This document shows, one piece after another, positions 19,529-30,326 of a stretch of 64,000 nt of DNA. Origin of the DNA: an uncultured Planctomycetota bacterium. Lineage in GTDB: Bacteria; Planctomycetota; Planctomycetia; Isosphaerales; Isosphaeraceae. The stretch covers positions 96,001 to 160,000 of the forward strand of contig CAWJTV010000003.1 in NCBI GenBank assembly GCA_963845755.1, given 5' to 3'. The notes under the pieces are model-generated. The model had not been told where the DNA came from, did no database searches, and saw only the letters and a program-made list of their open reading frames with translations. Within the stretch, counting starts at the first letter, position 1; each line of letters starts with the position of its first letter. The position numbers were made by a program, and so were the translations under genes.

Positions 19529-21766
19529 TCAGCGCGGCGCGACGGCGTCGAGCGTGGCAACCGGAGGCGCGGTCGTTCCCAATGGTGCGGCGTTCGCTGT
19601 TGGTTCGGTGCCTTTGACCGGCTCAGGCCGCACGTCCTGCGCCGGCTCGCTTCCGGGTGCCGGGGTGGCCGCGGTTCGGACCAGGTTGACGCGCATCCAT
19701 CCCGATGGATCCAGCGGCGAGACGTCATGAATCGCGAACCCCGGCAGCTTGAGCTGGTCGAGTGCCACGTCGATCGTCTGGGTGCGGATCTTGGCGGCCA
19801 TGGTGCCCATGACGAATGCGCTGGTGAACCGGGTCAACGGTGTCCCCTTGTTCTCGTCGTCGTTGATGGCGATGACCTCGTGATTGGTACCGGTGTTGAA
19901 TTCCTCGATCTTGCCGCGGATCCTCGGGGCCGATGGCGTGGAGGTATCAAGCTGGTACGAGATGGCCACTTCGGTGACGGGCACCTTGATCCGGAGAACC
20001 TTGGCGGCGACGCCGAGCATGTTCTGGGCGGCCTGCTCAGCCGGGGCGGGGACCTCGACCTGGAGGTCGTGGACGACGACGACGAGGAACCCTCGCGCGT
20101 CGGAGCTGAGGACCGGAGGCTGTTGCGGGCGAAGGACCCGCATGGCCATCACGCGCGAGTCCTTGGCATTGCGGGCCGCGTCGACGGCCTTGAGGTAGGT
20201 CGCGAAGTCGACGTTCCGCGTGACGGTCGCGGCATCGCGGGGCGGCGTGCCGGGCGGAACGGCCTTGGTGACGATCATCAGGTTCTGCACGGACTTGACC
20301 CCGTCCTGCTGCCAGAATCCGCTGGCCGCGCTGGTCAAGAGCGAGCCGAGGTGGAGGTCGGCCGTGACGCCCTGGTCGATCGTCGTGGCGAGCTTTCGAG
20401 GCTGCGGGGTGTCGGCGCCCTGCTGGCCCGGCGCGCCACGCCACTCGAACAGACCTGCGACGAAGACGGCTTCGGGCCGCGACCGCATCGACACGTCCTT
20501 GATCAAGAATTCGCGGACGGCGACGGTGTTGTTACCGATCAGGTACTTGGACTGGAGGTCGGCATTGCGCTCCGCCATCTGCTGGGCGATCCGCTCCTGG
20601 GTCTCCTCGGCGGCCTCGGCCGGGATCTGCGACTGGAACTTGGGAAGTGCCCCCTCATAGACCTTGTTCGTGATCTTCTGCTGGTTCATGCCGATGAGCC
20701 CGGCGACGGTGCGACCGAACCCTCCCCCGCACTCCGGCGCCGAGCCGATCGACGCGTTGATGCCGTGGGTGGCCGAAGGGATCAGCGACAGGCCGGAGGG
20801 TCTCAGGACGGCGGTGATCGTCAGGTTGGACCAGTCATAGGTCGTAGCGTTGAACTCGTAGAGCTTCGTGGCCCGACGGCCGCGCGGGTCCTGGGCCATC
20901 TGCTGCTGGAAGTCCCAGATCGGAGTGACACTGACCATCGACTGGCTGTTGTAGAAGGCGATGCCGTCGTCGCTGGGCAGGAGGCCGAAGCCCGTCTTGG
21001 GACCGGCGGTCACCATCGACGTATAGCCCTTGCGCGTGACGGGACCGGTCTGGACCAGGGTTGCATCGAGCACCGGCGCGACCGTCGCCACGTCGGCGGC
21101 GATGTCCAGGTTGGGCCGAAGGAACAGGTCCTGGACCGCGGAGGAGAGCTCCAGCGACGGCTCCCAGCCCTGGCCCTGATTCCGCAGGTTGAGCTCATCC
21201 AGCAGCTCGTGGATCCGCCGCAGGGCGGACTGGCGCTGGGCGACGGAGTCGGCGGCGTCGTAGTCGCGCAAGGCACGACCCAGGTCGTCCTGGGTGAAGT
21301 CGATCCATCGCGAGCGGTTGGCGCGGATCTTCGGATCCGTCGCGGCGGGGAGGGCTTGCACCGTCTCGGTCAGTCGATGGCGCGCCTGCGCCAGGCGGAG
21401 CCGAGGCCGCAGCCATTGCTGCACGTCCTCCCGCAACTGCGCCGCGGGCTCCCAGGTCGCCGTCGTCAGCGTGTCCGCGATCTGAGATACCTGATTCAAT
21501 GCGGTCAGACGGGTCGAATCCTGATCCGCCTTGGCATAAGCGTGCAGGTTCTGCATCAAGGCGTCGAGCTGCGCGTTCCATTGCTCCGCGTTGGGCACTC
21601 CCGGCGCGCCCGGCTTCGCCCATTCCTTGCGGATCGACTCGATCGTCCGCTCGATCCCCAGATAAGACGGCGCAGCCGGTGCGGCCAGTGCCCTGGCCCA
21701 TCCCCATCCCAGACCCATCGCTCCCAGGATCCCCAGCGCCGATATCAGCCTTGTCATTCGAGGCAT
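19529..21766 (-). CDS. Hypothetical secreted protein, 745 aa
   Basis: Long ORF with signal peptide and GGAG RBS; protein-like composition. Confidence 0.8.
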   Translation of the reverse strand: MPRMTRLISALGILGAMGLGWGWARALAAPAAPSYLGIERTIESIRKEWAKPGAPGVPNAEQWNAQLDALMQNLHAYAKADQDSTRLTALNQVSQIADTLTTATWEPAAQLREDVQQWLRPRLRLAQARHRLTETVQALPAATDPKIRANRSRWIDFTQDDLGRALRDYDAADSVAQRQSALRRIHELLDELNLRNQGQGWEPSLELSSAVQDLFLRPNLDIAADVATVAPVLDATLVQTGPVTRKGYTSMVTAGPKTGFGLLPSDDGIAFYNSQSMVSVTPIWDFQQQMAQDPRGRRATKLYEFNATTYDWSNLTITAVLRPSGLSLIPSATHGINASIGSAPECGGGFGRTVAGLIGMNQQKITNKVYEGALPKFQSQIPAEAAEETQERIAQQMAERNADLQSKYLIGNNTVAVREFLIKDVSMRSRPEAVFVAGLFEWRGAPGQQGADTPQPRKLATTIDQGVTADLHLGSLLTSAASGFWQQDGVKSVQNLMIVTKAVPPGTPPRDAATVTRNVDFATYLKAVDAARNAKDSRVMAMRVLRPQQPPVLSSDARGFLVVVVHDLQVEVPAPAEQAAQNMLGVAAKVLRIKVPVTEVAISYQLDTSTPSAPRIRGKIEEFNTGTNHEVIAINDDENKGTPLTRFTSAFVMGTMAAKIRTQTIDVALDQLKLPGFAIHDVSPLDPSGWMRVNLVRTAATPAPGSEPAQDVRPEPVKGTEPTANAAPLGTTAPPVATLDAVAPR

Positions 21767-22293
21767 GTGTCGTCTCCGTCGTCAGGCTGTCGCTTCAGTT
21801 CACAAGCCCGTCAGAGCCCTCCCGTGGGCGAAGTCGATCTCCGTCAAGGAGACGAGATCCCATCCGGCCAGCACCGGGCTTGAAGTGGAGAGGCTCGGAG
21901 GGAGCCTCGCCCTTCCAGGAAAAAAGTGGTTGTTCACCTCGCAAAGGGCATACCTATCATCGTCCTGGCAGTCTCTTCAACTCTTTCCAGATTCCACGCG
22001 TCTTGCCGATTTCGACTTATTTTCTCCAGGCCACCCAAAACATCAATAGATCAGGCAGAGTCCGCAATCTGTACAGAATCGTATCACTGCACCCCTTCTC
22101 CAAGTCACCATCGGCCCTACGAGACAGAGGGCGGCTCCCCATGCTACAATCAGGAGCACTCCCGTGCCGGCCCATCTGTTCATCCCTTCCGGGCATGGAT
22201 CACGTGCCGACGGCACGCGAACTCATCGATCTTTCGATCAATCAATCATCGAATCATTGTCTGCGGTAAGAAACCAGCTTAGGAGGAACTGCG

Positions 22294-24354
22294 ATGTGCC
22301 AGAGGTGTCCGACGCGATGCGGGGCGTCGATCCGACGGTTGTGTGCGCTCGGGGTGATGGTGACGGTATTCACGGCTTCGGGTTGTGAGTCAAACATCTC
22401 GTCCGCGCCGAACAAAGGTGGGCCGTCCTCGAACGTCGAGGCGAACCCGAAGACCGGCGTGGGGGGCGTTGGCAATCCCGGCGATGGGACGGCGGGCAAT
22501 CCGCTCGATGGGAAGAAAGGGGCGTCGATCGCGGGCGACCGGATGCAGTCGTTCGCACCGATCGTGATGAGCAAGCAGACGGAATCGAGCCCGTTCCGCT
22601 TCGCCGAGATCGCGCAGGAAGCGGGGCTGGATTTCGTGCACTTCTCGGGCATGACTGAGGACAAGCACTTCCCGACGGCCAACGGGTCGGGGGTTGCCGT
22701 GTTCGATTACGACAACGACGGGCGGCTCGACATCTATTTCGCCACCGCCACGCTATTGCCCCTGGGCACGGCCGAGAAGGGACCCAACCGGCTCTTCAAG
22801 AACCTGGGCAACGGCCACTTCCAGGACATGACCGAGGCATCGGGCCTGGGATATCGCGGCTTCTGCCATGGGATCATCGCCGGTGACATCGACAACGACG
22901 GCGACCAGGACGTCTTCCTCTGCGTCTACGGCAGCAACGTCCTGTACCTCAACAACGGCAACGGCACGTTCAAGGACATCAGCAAGTCGGCCGGCGTCGA
23001 CGCGCCGAACTGGTCGTCCGGCGGCGCGATGCTCGATTACGATAACGATGGATATCTCGACATTTACGTGACCAACTACGGCATCTGGAAGTACCCCGAC
23101 GACCATCAGCGCGTGGGCGATCCGCAGAAGAAGGTGTGGCTCTACTCGTCGCCGCGGACGATCAAAACGACTCGGCACCTCTTCTATCACAACAACCGCA
23201 ACCTGACCTTCACCAATGTGCTGGATAAAGTCTTCACGACCGAGGAAGAGGTGGATGACCCGGCGACCAAGGCCAAGACGAAGAAGCGGGTACCCAAGCC
23301 CCGCGACGATGGGCACGGCTTCGGGGTGGTCGCCGCCGACGTCAACGACGACGGCCTGATCGATATCTACGTCGCCAACGACATGAACCCGAACTTCCTG
23401 TACCTCAACCGCGGCGACGGGACCTTCGACGACGCCACCGACTCGTCATCGGCCGCCTACGACGTCAACGGTCAGGCACAATCGGGGATGGGGGTGGACG
23501 CCGAGGACGTCAACGGCGACGGCCTGCCCGAGCTGTTCGTCACCAATTTCGCCAACGAGTACAACACCCTCTACCAGAACTTCGGCAACGGGGTGTTCTA
23601 CGACAACACGGCCTTCTTCGGCCTGGCCGCCGACTCGATGCCATGGGTCGGCTGGGGCTGCGCGCTGGCGGACTTCGACAACGACGGCTGGCCCGATTGC
23701 TTCGTGGCCAATGGGCACGTGGACAACAACCGCAAGATGCTCGACCAGCCGGTCGATTACGAGGAGCTCCCGCTGTTGTTCCGCAACCTCAAGGGGAAGC
23801 GGTTCCGGCTGGCGACCCGGGACGCGGGAACCTACTTCGACACCAAGCACGTGGCCCGAGGCGCCACGTTCGGTGACCTGGACAACGACGGAGACATCGA
23901 CATCGTCATCAACCACAAGGACGGCGCCCCGGCCCTGCTCCGCAACGACACCAAGTCCACCAACCATTGGATCCGCTTCAATCTCCAGGGAACGCGGAGC
24001 AACCGCGACGCCATCGGCACGAAGCTTCAGCTCACGACCGCCGAGCCGTCGCTCCACCGCGTGACCAAGCGAGAAGCGGATGGGAAGGAGACTACCGAGG
24101 AGGTGATGAAGCCCGAGCGGACGATCCATCGCCAGCGCAAGAGCGGTTACAGCCTCCAGGGCACGAACGACCCGCGCGTGCTGGTCGGCGTCGGGCCCGT
24201 GGACGTCGTCAAGAAGGTCGAGATCCGGTGGCCCTCGGGCATCGTGACCCGGCTGGAGAACCTCAAGGTCGACCAGGAGTACAAGGTCGTCGAGCCTAAG
24301 GACGGCAAGCCCGAACCGGTGAAGAAGCCGGCGGAGACCCCGTCGGCGAAGTGA
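22294..24354 (+). CDS. CRTAC1 / ASPIC-UnbV family FG-GAP repeat protein
   Basis: Repeated DYDNDG.LD motifs; GQAQSGMGVD; C-terminal SNRDAIG...VEIRWPSG. Confidence 0.92.
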   Translation: MCQRCPTRCGASIRRLCALGVMVTVFTASGCESNISSAPNKGGPSSNVEANPKTGVGGVGNPGDGTAGNPLDGKKGASIAGDRMQSFAPIVMSKQTESSPFRFAEIAQEAGLDFVHFSGMTEDKHFPTANGSGVAVFDYDNDGRLDIYFATATLLPLGTAEKGPNRLFKNLGNGHFQDMTEASGLGYRGFCHGIIAGDIDNDGDQDVFLCVYGSNVLYLNNGNGTFKDISKSAGVDAPNWSSGGAMLDYDNDGYLDIYVTNYGIWKYPDDHQRVGDPQKKVWLYSSPRTIKTTRHLFYHNNRNLTFTNVLDKVFTTEEEVDDPATKAKTKKRVPKPRDDGHGFGVVAADVNDDGLIDIYVANDMNPNFLYLNRGDGTFDDATDSSSAAYDVNGQAQSGMGVDAEDVNGDGLPELFVTNFANEYNTLYQNFGNGVFYDNTAFFGLAADSMPWVGWGCALADFDNDGWPDCFVANGHVDNNRKMLDQPVDYEELPLLFRNLKGKRFRLATRDAGTYFDTKHVARGATFGDLDNDGDIDIVINHKDGAPALLRNDTKSTNHWIRFNLQGTRSNRDAIGTKLQLTTAEPSLHRVTKREADGKETTEEVMKPERTIHRQRKSGYSLQGTNDPRVLVGVGPVDVVKKVEIRWPSGIVTRLENLKVDQEYKVVEPKDGKPEPVKKPAETPSAK

Positions 24355-24398
24355 GCGCGTACCTGCCTAGAACGGCCCGAGAAGGCTATCCGGCCTTT

Positions 24399-24459
24399 GT
24401 AGGGTGGGTGAAACCCACCAGTCTCGGGCTGATTCTTGGCGGGTCTTCACCCACCCTGT
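24399..24459. repeat. Degenerate GTAG-type REP doublet
   Basis: GTAGGGTGGGTGAAACCCACC ... GGCGGGTCTTCACCCACCCTGT. Confidence 0.55.
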
Positions 24460-24484
24460 GAGTTTCTCGAACAGGGCACTGGAA

Positions 24485-25690
24485 ATGATCCGCAAAGTTC
24501 GTGTCGAAAACTGTAAATCTATACCGAATCTCACCTTGGATCTAGGACGTCTCACCGTTCTCATCGGCGCGAATGGCAGCGGCAAGAGTAATATATTGGA
24601 GGCGATCGCCCTCGCCGCCGCCGCCGCCCAGAACAAATTGGAGAACGAGTTCCTGGTTTCGAGAGGCATCCGGGTGACCGAGACGCGTTTTATGCGCTCG
24701 GCCTTCGACGCTCTCCCGTCAGCTCGCGAAGCCAATCAGATCTCGTTCCAGAAAGACCAGAAGCCCACGATCGAGAAAATTGTTACGTCCAGCGAACCCA
24801 TCAAGATCTCGCTCGAGGGAGACAAGAAGGTCGCATTCGAGTGCGAATTGGTCGCAGATGAGACGGCGTCCTATCCCAAATGGGAGCAGTTGCGCTCGAT
24901 ACTATTGCCAGAGATCATCGCTCGTCTAAGGACTTCGGATTTTGCGCAGAAAGCTCAACTACCGCCCGAAGTGCTAGATCGTGTAATTGCTCAAATCGCT
25001 GAACGTTTTCGCATTCAGCCGGCCGGAACACTTCCCGAATTCCTCGTGTATGCGCCCGAGAACTCCGCCCTCCGCACTTTCCAGGCTGAAGGACAGATCC
25101 TCCCCCTCGGAATCCGGGGAGAAGGTCTGTTCGCTCATCTGAAGGGGCTTGATTCGGAAATGCACAGAGACCGCCTGGAAAGAATCAGGGAGACGTTGAA
25201 GTTGATCGATTGGTTTGAGACCTTCGTGATCCCCGAGAATCTCAGTCCGGGCGAGCGAACCATCAGGATTCAGGACCGCTACCTCTCGGAGGGCGCCTTG
25301 TTCGACCAGCGGAGCGCAAACGAAGGATTCCTCTTTCTCCTCTTCTACCTCACGCTCGTGATCAGCCCGGAAACGCCAGCCTTTTTCGCGATCGATAACG
25401 TCGATACCTCCCTCAACCCCAAGTTGTGCATCGCCCTGTTACAACAGCTCGCACTGCTCGCGAAGGAGTTTGACAAGCAAGTCATCCTCACGACCCACAA
25501 CCCGGCAGTCCTCGATGGCCTCAACCTTTATGACGAAGAGCAGCGGCTGTTCGTCGTGGATCGGAACAAGAACGGGCATACCCGCGTCCGTCGCGTGGAT
25601 GCGCCGAAGCCAAGCGCGGGCCAACTCCCGGTGAGCCTGTCAGAAGCATTCCTGCGCGGTTACATCGGCGGGCTGCCGAAAAACTTCTGA
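24485..25690 (+). CDS. ABC/AAA_21-type ATPase
   Basis: VENCKSI, Walker A GANGSGKS, ANEG, atypical Walker B FAIDN, TTHNP. Confidence 0.88.
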   Translation: MIRKVRVENCKSIPNLTLDLGRLTVLIGANGSGKSNILEAIALAAAAAQNKLENEFLVSRGIRVTETRFMRSAFDALPSAREANQISFQKDQKPTIEKIVTSSEPIKISLEGDKKVAFECELVADETASYPKWEQLRSILLPEIIARLRTSDFAQKAQLPPEVLDRVIAQIAERFRIQPAGTLPEFLVYAPENSALRTFQAEGQILPLGIRGEGLFAHLKGLDSEMHRDRLERIRETLKLIDWFETFVIPENLSPGERTIRIQDRYLSEGALFDQRSANEGFLFLLFYLTLVISPETPAFFAIDNVDTSLNPKLCIALLQQLALLAKEFDKQVILTTHNPAVLDGLNLYDEEQRLFVVDRNKNGHTRVRRVDAPKPSAGQLPVSLSEAFLRGYIGGLPKNF

Positions 25691-25700
25691 CCCCTCAACG

Positions 25701-26402
25701 ATGAGGTGGAGAGTGCTCACATTCGCGATCATCGCCGAAGGTCCGACCGATCAGACGGTCATCGAGAACATCCTGCTCGACTTTCTTGAGGACCAGGACG
25801 ACGAGCCGGAGATTCGGTTCATTCAGCCTCCTCGCCCCTTGACCGAGACGCCTGCCGGATGGGGGCATGTGTTCAAGAGCCTGAAGCGAAAGGATCCCGA
25901 AAACGCCCTTCAGTTCAACGATTATCTCGTCATCCACATCGATACTGACGTGCAAGAGGAACCTGGCTTCGACGTGCCGAGACGAGAAAAAGGGAAGGAG
26001 CTTTCGGTCTCGGACCGAGTTGATCGGGCCGTTACCCGACTCAAACAGGACATCGACGACAGCTTCTTCCAGGCCAACGCCCACCGAATCCTGTTCGCGA
26101 TCGCAGTGGATTCGATCGAGTGCTGGCTCCTTCCGTTTCTCCACGATAAGAGAAAAGCCGCAAAGATCACCGGATGCCTCGAATCGGCGAACCAGGCGTT
26201 ACGGAAAGCGAACCAAGATGCCCTTTCTGCCGGGGAGAACAAGTTCCCTCGCGCCTATGAAAAAGCGTCGAGTGGCTACCGGAAGCGAAAGACGTTGATT
26301 CAGCTTCAGAACCGGAATCCGAGCCTGGAACTCTTCATCAAGCAACTTGAGGCCTTGCAGAGCCGCCGAACCACAACCGATCCCGCCGTTGAGAGTCCCT
26401 AA
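25701..26402 (+). CDS. TOPRIM-like (DUF4276/RloB-like) partner of the ATPase
   Basis: IIAEGPTD, VIHIDTD and IECWLL motifs; starts 10 nt after the ATPase stop. Confidence 0.65.
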   Translation: MRWRVLTFAIIAEGPTDQTVIENILLDFLEDQDDEPEIRFIQPPRPLTETPAGWGHVFKSLKRKDPENALQFNDYLVIHIDTDVQEEPGFDVPRREKGKELSVSDRVDRAVTRLKQDIDDSFFQANAHRILFAIAVDSIECWLLPFLHDKRKAAKITGCLESANQALRKANQDALSAGENKFPRAYEKASSGYRKRKTLIQLQNRNPSLELFIKQLEALQSRRTTTDPAVESP

Positions 26403-26528
26403 GAGAAAGGGGATTGGCTCCGAGTCATCGAGGTGCCTGTCTCCCCGTTTTTCGAGGAGGGCAAAACGGACCGGGATTGGACCCCTGCCGCCTCGTGCGA
26501 CAAGCGTCGAGGAGCAAGTTTCGAGGTT

Positions 26529-27350
26529 CTAAAGGATCGGGGGCAGCAGCCACCACGAGCGTCGCTTGTACTCCGCCCACTCGGGATAGCGCGACAGGCT
26601 GGCCTCGATGTTGATCATGTTGACCGCGAACAGCCCGGTCCAGACAAACGCCAGCACGACGACTGGCAGCCAGTGCCACACCATCATCGCAAAGCTGCCG
26701 TAGATCATCATCTCGCCGAGGTAGTTCGGGTGGCGGATGTATCGGTACATCCCGTCGGTGATCAGCCCTCGGCGGACGCGAAGCGTGAAGGACTTCTGCG
26801 CATCCGCGGCGATCATGATCACGGAGCCCAGGATGCAGAGGCTAATGCATAAGGCGAACCAGGCGTGATCCGGCAGCGGATAGGTCGGCTTCGAAGTGAC
26901 CGAGATCAGCAGCCAGCCGAACACCCAGTACCAGATCAGCACGCCGAGGAAGGCGTAGAGGCCGGAGGCAATGGTGACGCGGCGCTGCCAGGTCGGGTCG
27001 GGGAACGCCAGGTCCTTGACCATCCAGACCAGCCCGTAGCTGCCGTGCATCGCCAGGTAGACCCAGGCCGCCGTACTGGTGTTGTGGTACCAGGCGATGA
27101 GCAGACCGAGGAGAGGGAATGTCCCGGTCTTCTGGAAGTCGATCACCCAGGCCAGCTTCCACGGGCGCGGCCCACCGCCCAGGTCGTACATCCCGTGCGC
27201 GTTGAGGCGGCCCAGGGTGACGGCCCAGGCCGGTGCTGGTCTGCGTGCTTGAGTCACGTCGGTGATCACGTTCAGTCTCGATGGCAAACCGCGCGTTGCA
27301 ATGCCGTCCTGTTGCCTTGTATCGTATCGAGCCGGGGTTTCGGCAGCCAC
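26529..27350 (-). CDS. DUF1295 / steroid 5-alpha-reductase-like membrane protein
   Basis: ADAQK..., GLITDGMYRYIRHPNYLGEMMIY; start uncertain. Confidence 0.8.
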   Translation of the reverse strand: MAAETPARYDTRQQDGIATRGLPSRLNVITDVTQARRPAPAWAVTLGRLNAHGMYDLGGGPRPWKLAWVIDFQKTGTFPLLGLLIAWYHNTSTAAWVYLAMHGSYGLVWMVKDLAFPDPTWQRRVTIASGLYAFLGVLIWYWVFGWLLISVTSKPTYPLPDHAWFALCISLCILGSVIMIAADAQKSFTLRVRRGLITDGMYRYIRHPNYLGEMMIYGSFAMMVWHWLPVVVLAFVWTGLFAVNMINIEASLSRYPEWAEYKRRSWWLLPPIL

Positions 27351-27374
27351 TGGCTCTTCTTGAGGAGAGAAAAG

Positions 27375-27986
27375 ATGCCCGTCAAATGGACGACTTGGGC
27401 GATCGTGCTCGTGATGGTTTCGGCCGGAACCACGGACGCATCGGCCGACGACGATCCTTGGAAGCCGTACCGATTCCTCGTGGGCGACTGGGTGGGAGAG
27501 GGAAGTGGGGAACCGGGGAAAGGGTCGGGCGGATACTCATTCGCCTGGGACCTCCAGGAGAAAGTGCTCGTGCGGAGAAACCGTTCCGAGTATCCCGCGA
27601 CGCCGGGCCGACCGGCATTTACGCACGAAGACCTCATGGTGATTTACCGGGGCGAGAGCGGCGGGCCGACTCGAGCGATTTACTTCGACAACGAAGGCCA
27701 TGTCATCAATTACACGGCGACATTTTCGCAGGATCAACAGACGCTCACCTTCCTTGGCGATATCGCCCCGGCCAGCCCTCGTTTTCGCTTGTCGTACGCA
27801 CGGGGAAAGGGTGAGATGGTCCGGATCAAGTTCGAGATCGCACCCCCGGGCAAAGCGGATGCGTTCAAGACGTATCTCGAAGGTAACGCCATTCGGCTGG
27901 ACCCGAAGTCCAGGGGTGCCAATCACAAGGACGGACGTCCCGCGCCGGCTGTAAAGACGTCCGAGGAAGCCCGGCGGGCGAAGTAA
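27375..27986 (+). CDS. Hypothetical secreted beta-barrel-like protein
   Basis: GAGGAG RBS, signal peptide, FLVGDWVGEG...YFDNEGHVINY. Confidence 0.7.
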   Translation: MPVKWTTWAIVLVMVSAGTTDASADDDPWKPYRFLVGDWVGEGSGEPGKGSGGYSFAWDLQEKVLVRRNRSEYPATPGRPAFTHEDLMVIYRGESGGPTRAIYFDNEGHVINYTATFSQDQQTLTFLGDIAPASPRFRLSYARGKGEMVRIKFEIAPPGKADAFKTYLEGNAIRLDPKSRGANHKDGRPAPAVKTSEEARRAK

Positions 27987-28015
27987 GTTAACCTCTTCCT
28001 CGAAGGAGAAGCCTG

Positions 28016-28652
28016 ATGCATGTCGGCCGGGATCTGGTGGTGGGCGTGGTCCTCGGAATCCTCCTCGCGCGATGCGTTGCCGGCGGCCCCGGCGGGGTGG
28101 CCTCGGCACGATCTTCGGGAGACGATTCGCAGGCGCCGCGAGACCTCGACGAGCTGGCCAGGATCTACGCGGAGGATCAAGGCGACCGGATGCCCGGCGG
28201 CGGCAAGCCGATCGACTGGTCCGTCGTCGGGCCGCGTGACAAGGCGCGCGCGGCCCGGGTCAAGAACCTCTACGAGACGGGCGGCGCTGCACACCGGCAA
28301 GGACTTCTACCGCGCTGCGATGGTTTTGCAACATTCCTCGCGCGCGGAGGACTACTTGCTGGCGCACGAGTTCTGCGTGGTGGCCTTGTCCAAGGGAGAT
28401 TACGACGCTCGCTGGCTCGCGGCCGCCACCGAGGACCGTTTTCTGATGAACATCGGACGACCCCAACGGTTCGGAACCCAATACCGCTCCAACGGCCCGG
28501 ATCAGCCGATGCGGCTCCACGAGGTCGGGCCGGGCGTCACCGACGCCCTACGCCGTGAGCTGAACGTCCCGACACTCGAGGAAGCCCGCAAGAGGGAAGC
28601 CGTGATGGAAGAGATGATCAAGGGCAAAAAACCGGAGGCGGCCAGGCCGTGA
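28016..28652 (+). CDS. Hypothetical secreted protein (DUF6624-like), frameshift near 28280
   Basis: YAEDQGDR then AAMVLQH...AATEDRFL..IGRPQRFGTQY in two frames. Confidence 0.6.
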
Positions 28653-28684
28653 TCCGCCCCAAGCCTCCGTCGCGGTGAACCTTG

Positions 28685-29638
28685 ATGGCCGAATCGCAAG
28701 AGCGAACCGTAGAGAATGGCGGCGGTACCGAGAGGCGGCCCGAGTCACGCTCCGTGACCCTCGCGGACTGCCTGGCGATGGTCGCCGGATTCGGGTTCGC
28801 GTTCGCATCGCGCCAGAATCCACCGATGCCGCTCCCTTCGATGAACATCGTGATCCCCGTCTGGGTGGTTGTGGCCTGGTGGTCCATCGAGATTCTCCTG
28901 GCCATGGCACTGGCCACGGCCGTCGTGGTCCTGGTCCGCCAGACGACATTTCGCCGGCCTGCTCGTCCGGCGGAATGGGTCGCGATCCTGCTCGGTCTGC
29001 TGGTATTCCGCGAGGCCCTCCCGAATATCGATGATCTGGTCAACCGATGGTTGCCGAATTGGCCAGACCTGACATTTGGTGAAGGCCGATGGATCATCTG
29101 CGCCATCGGTACGGTGGTTTTCCTGGTCGGTCTCGCCGGACTCGGGCTGATGCGCCGGGCGTTGCCTCACGGGTTGAAGACAATGATCCTCGTAGCCTCG
29201 TTCCTCGCCCTGATGTGGGGGCCAAGTCGTGTGTTCGCGCTTGAGGGCCCTTGGCTGCTCCCTTCTCCGGCGATCGAGTCGACTTCCCCGCCCCTCTTTT
29301 GGGCCTGGCTGGAGATCCGCAAGTACCTATGGTTCTTACCATCGGGCCTGCTCTTCGGGATCCCTGCGACGGCGGCGCTCAAGGATTGGAGGGCTCGCGA
29401 GTCCAAGGGACGGCCCTGGACCGAATGGCCCGGGCCCGGTATCGGACTGGTCCTCACCCTTCTCTGGCTGGGCTATTTGTACCTGATGCGGTCCGAGTGG
29501 CCGGCGTATGATCTGAACGCCGAGCGGATCGTCGTGCCATTCTGGATCGCCGGGGTTTGGTGGCTCTCCCGATATATCGTTGACCGTCTCGGCGGTCCTT
29601 GGCACCGCTGGCTCACGCCTGCCGACCGTGGCGATTGA
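28685..29638 (+). CDS. Hypothetical integral membrane protein
   Basis: Multiple hydrophobic Trp-rich segments. Confidence 0.65.
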   Translation: MAESQERTVENGGGTERRPESRSVTLADCLAMVAGFGFAFASRQNPPMPLPSMNIVIPVWVVVAWWSIEILLAMALATAVVVLVRQTTFRRPARPAEWVAILLGLLVFREALPNIDDLVNRWLPNWPDLTFGEGRWIICAIGTVVFLVGLAGLGLMRRALPHGLKTMILVASFLALMWGPSRVFALEGPWLLPSPAIESTSPPLFWAWLEIRKYLWFLPSGLLFGIPATAALKDWRARESKGRPWTEWPGPGIGLVLTLLWLGYLYLMRSEWPAYDLNAERIVVPFWIAGVWWLSRYIVDRLGGPWHRWLTPADRGD

Positions 29639-29641
29639 CCG

Positions 29642-29800
29642 TCAGATTCGTGCGCCGACATCGTTTTCGAGCTCTGCCGCCATGCGCTCGAACATCTCGC
29701 CCCAGTCTCCCCAACGCTGCTGGCGGAACCGTTTCATCGTAAGAGACCACGGACTGTCGTGACGGGCCGACATCTATCGCAAGGAGGAACGGGGGCACAT
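29642..29800 (-). pseudogene. Degenerate copy of the 3' end of the TPR-glycosyltransferase gene
   Basis: DSPWSLTMKRFRQQRWGDWGEMFERMAAEL versus DSPWYPTMKLFRQRRWGEWDEVFERIAREL at 30722-30850; in-frame stop in place of a Trp. Confidence 0.7.
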
Positions 29801-29987
29801 AAGGCGCTTTGACTTGGAGAAGATACACGTTCGGGCGAGTTCGCACGTCGGGACACAGAGCTCCTGGATTTAACTCTTATCGCCAAAGTCCCCAAGACTG
29901 AAGCGCATGAATAGATTCCCATTATGACTGGACCAAGAAATGGGGAACAGGCCAGTGGCCCTTCCCTCGGGATCCACAGTCGATCGG

Positions 29988-30326
29988 TCACGTTTTCGAC
30001 CGAGTGCCAGAAGCGGAAGTGGTCACGCTTGATCCTCGCTGTGCCAATGATGCCGCGACGACGTCGGGATTTTCGGCCGCCACCTTGAGCAAGGCCCGCG
30101 CCGGTCCATCGGGCCGTCGCCGGCCTTGTTCCCAGTTCTGCAGGGTGGAAAGACTCACACCGATCATCAAGGCGAATTCCGATTGTGACTTGTCCAACTG
30201 CTTCCGGATCCCCTTGATATCTATCGGTGCAAACTCGGTCGTCCGACTCGGCTCTAGCTCACCTCTCCGAATGGCGCCGGCTTGTCGCACGCTGGCGACT
30301 AATCGATCAAAATCGTGTTTCTTCAT
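29988..30326 (-). CDS. higA: HigA-like XRE helix-turn-helix antitoxin
   Basis: SQSEFALMIGVSLSTLQNWEQGRRRPDGPARALL. Confidence 0.85.
   Translation of the reverse strand: MKKHDFDRLVASVRQAGAIRRGELEPSRTTEFAPIDIKGIRKQLDKSQSEFALMIGVSLSTLQNWEQGRRRPDGPARALLKVAAENPDVVAASLAQRGSSVTTSASGTRSKT

Noticed and set aside
19490..21883. Long + strand ORF of 797 aa and similar shadow ORFs (38885-40951, 50953-52491, 9-812)
   Set aside because: They are antisense to more plausible genes and lack motifs; such ORFs are expected in high-GC DNA.
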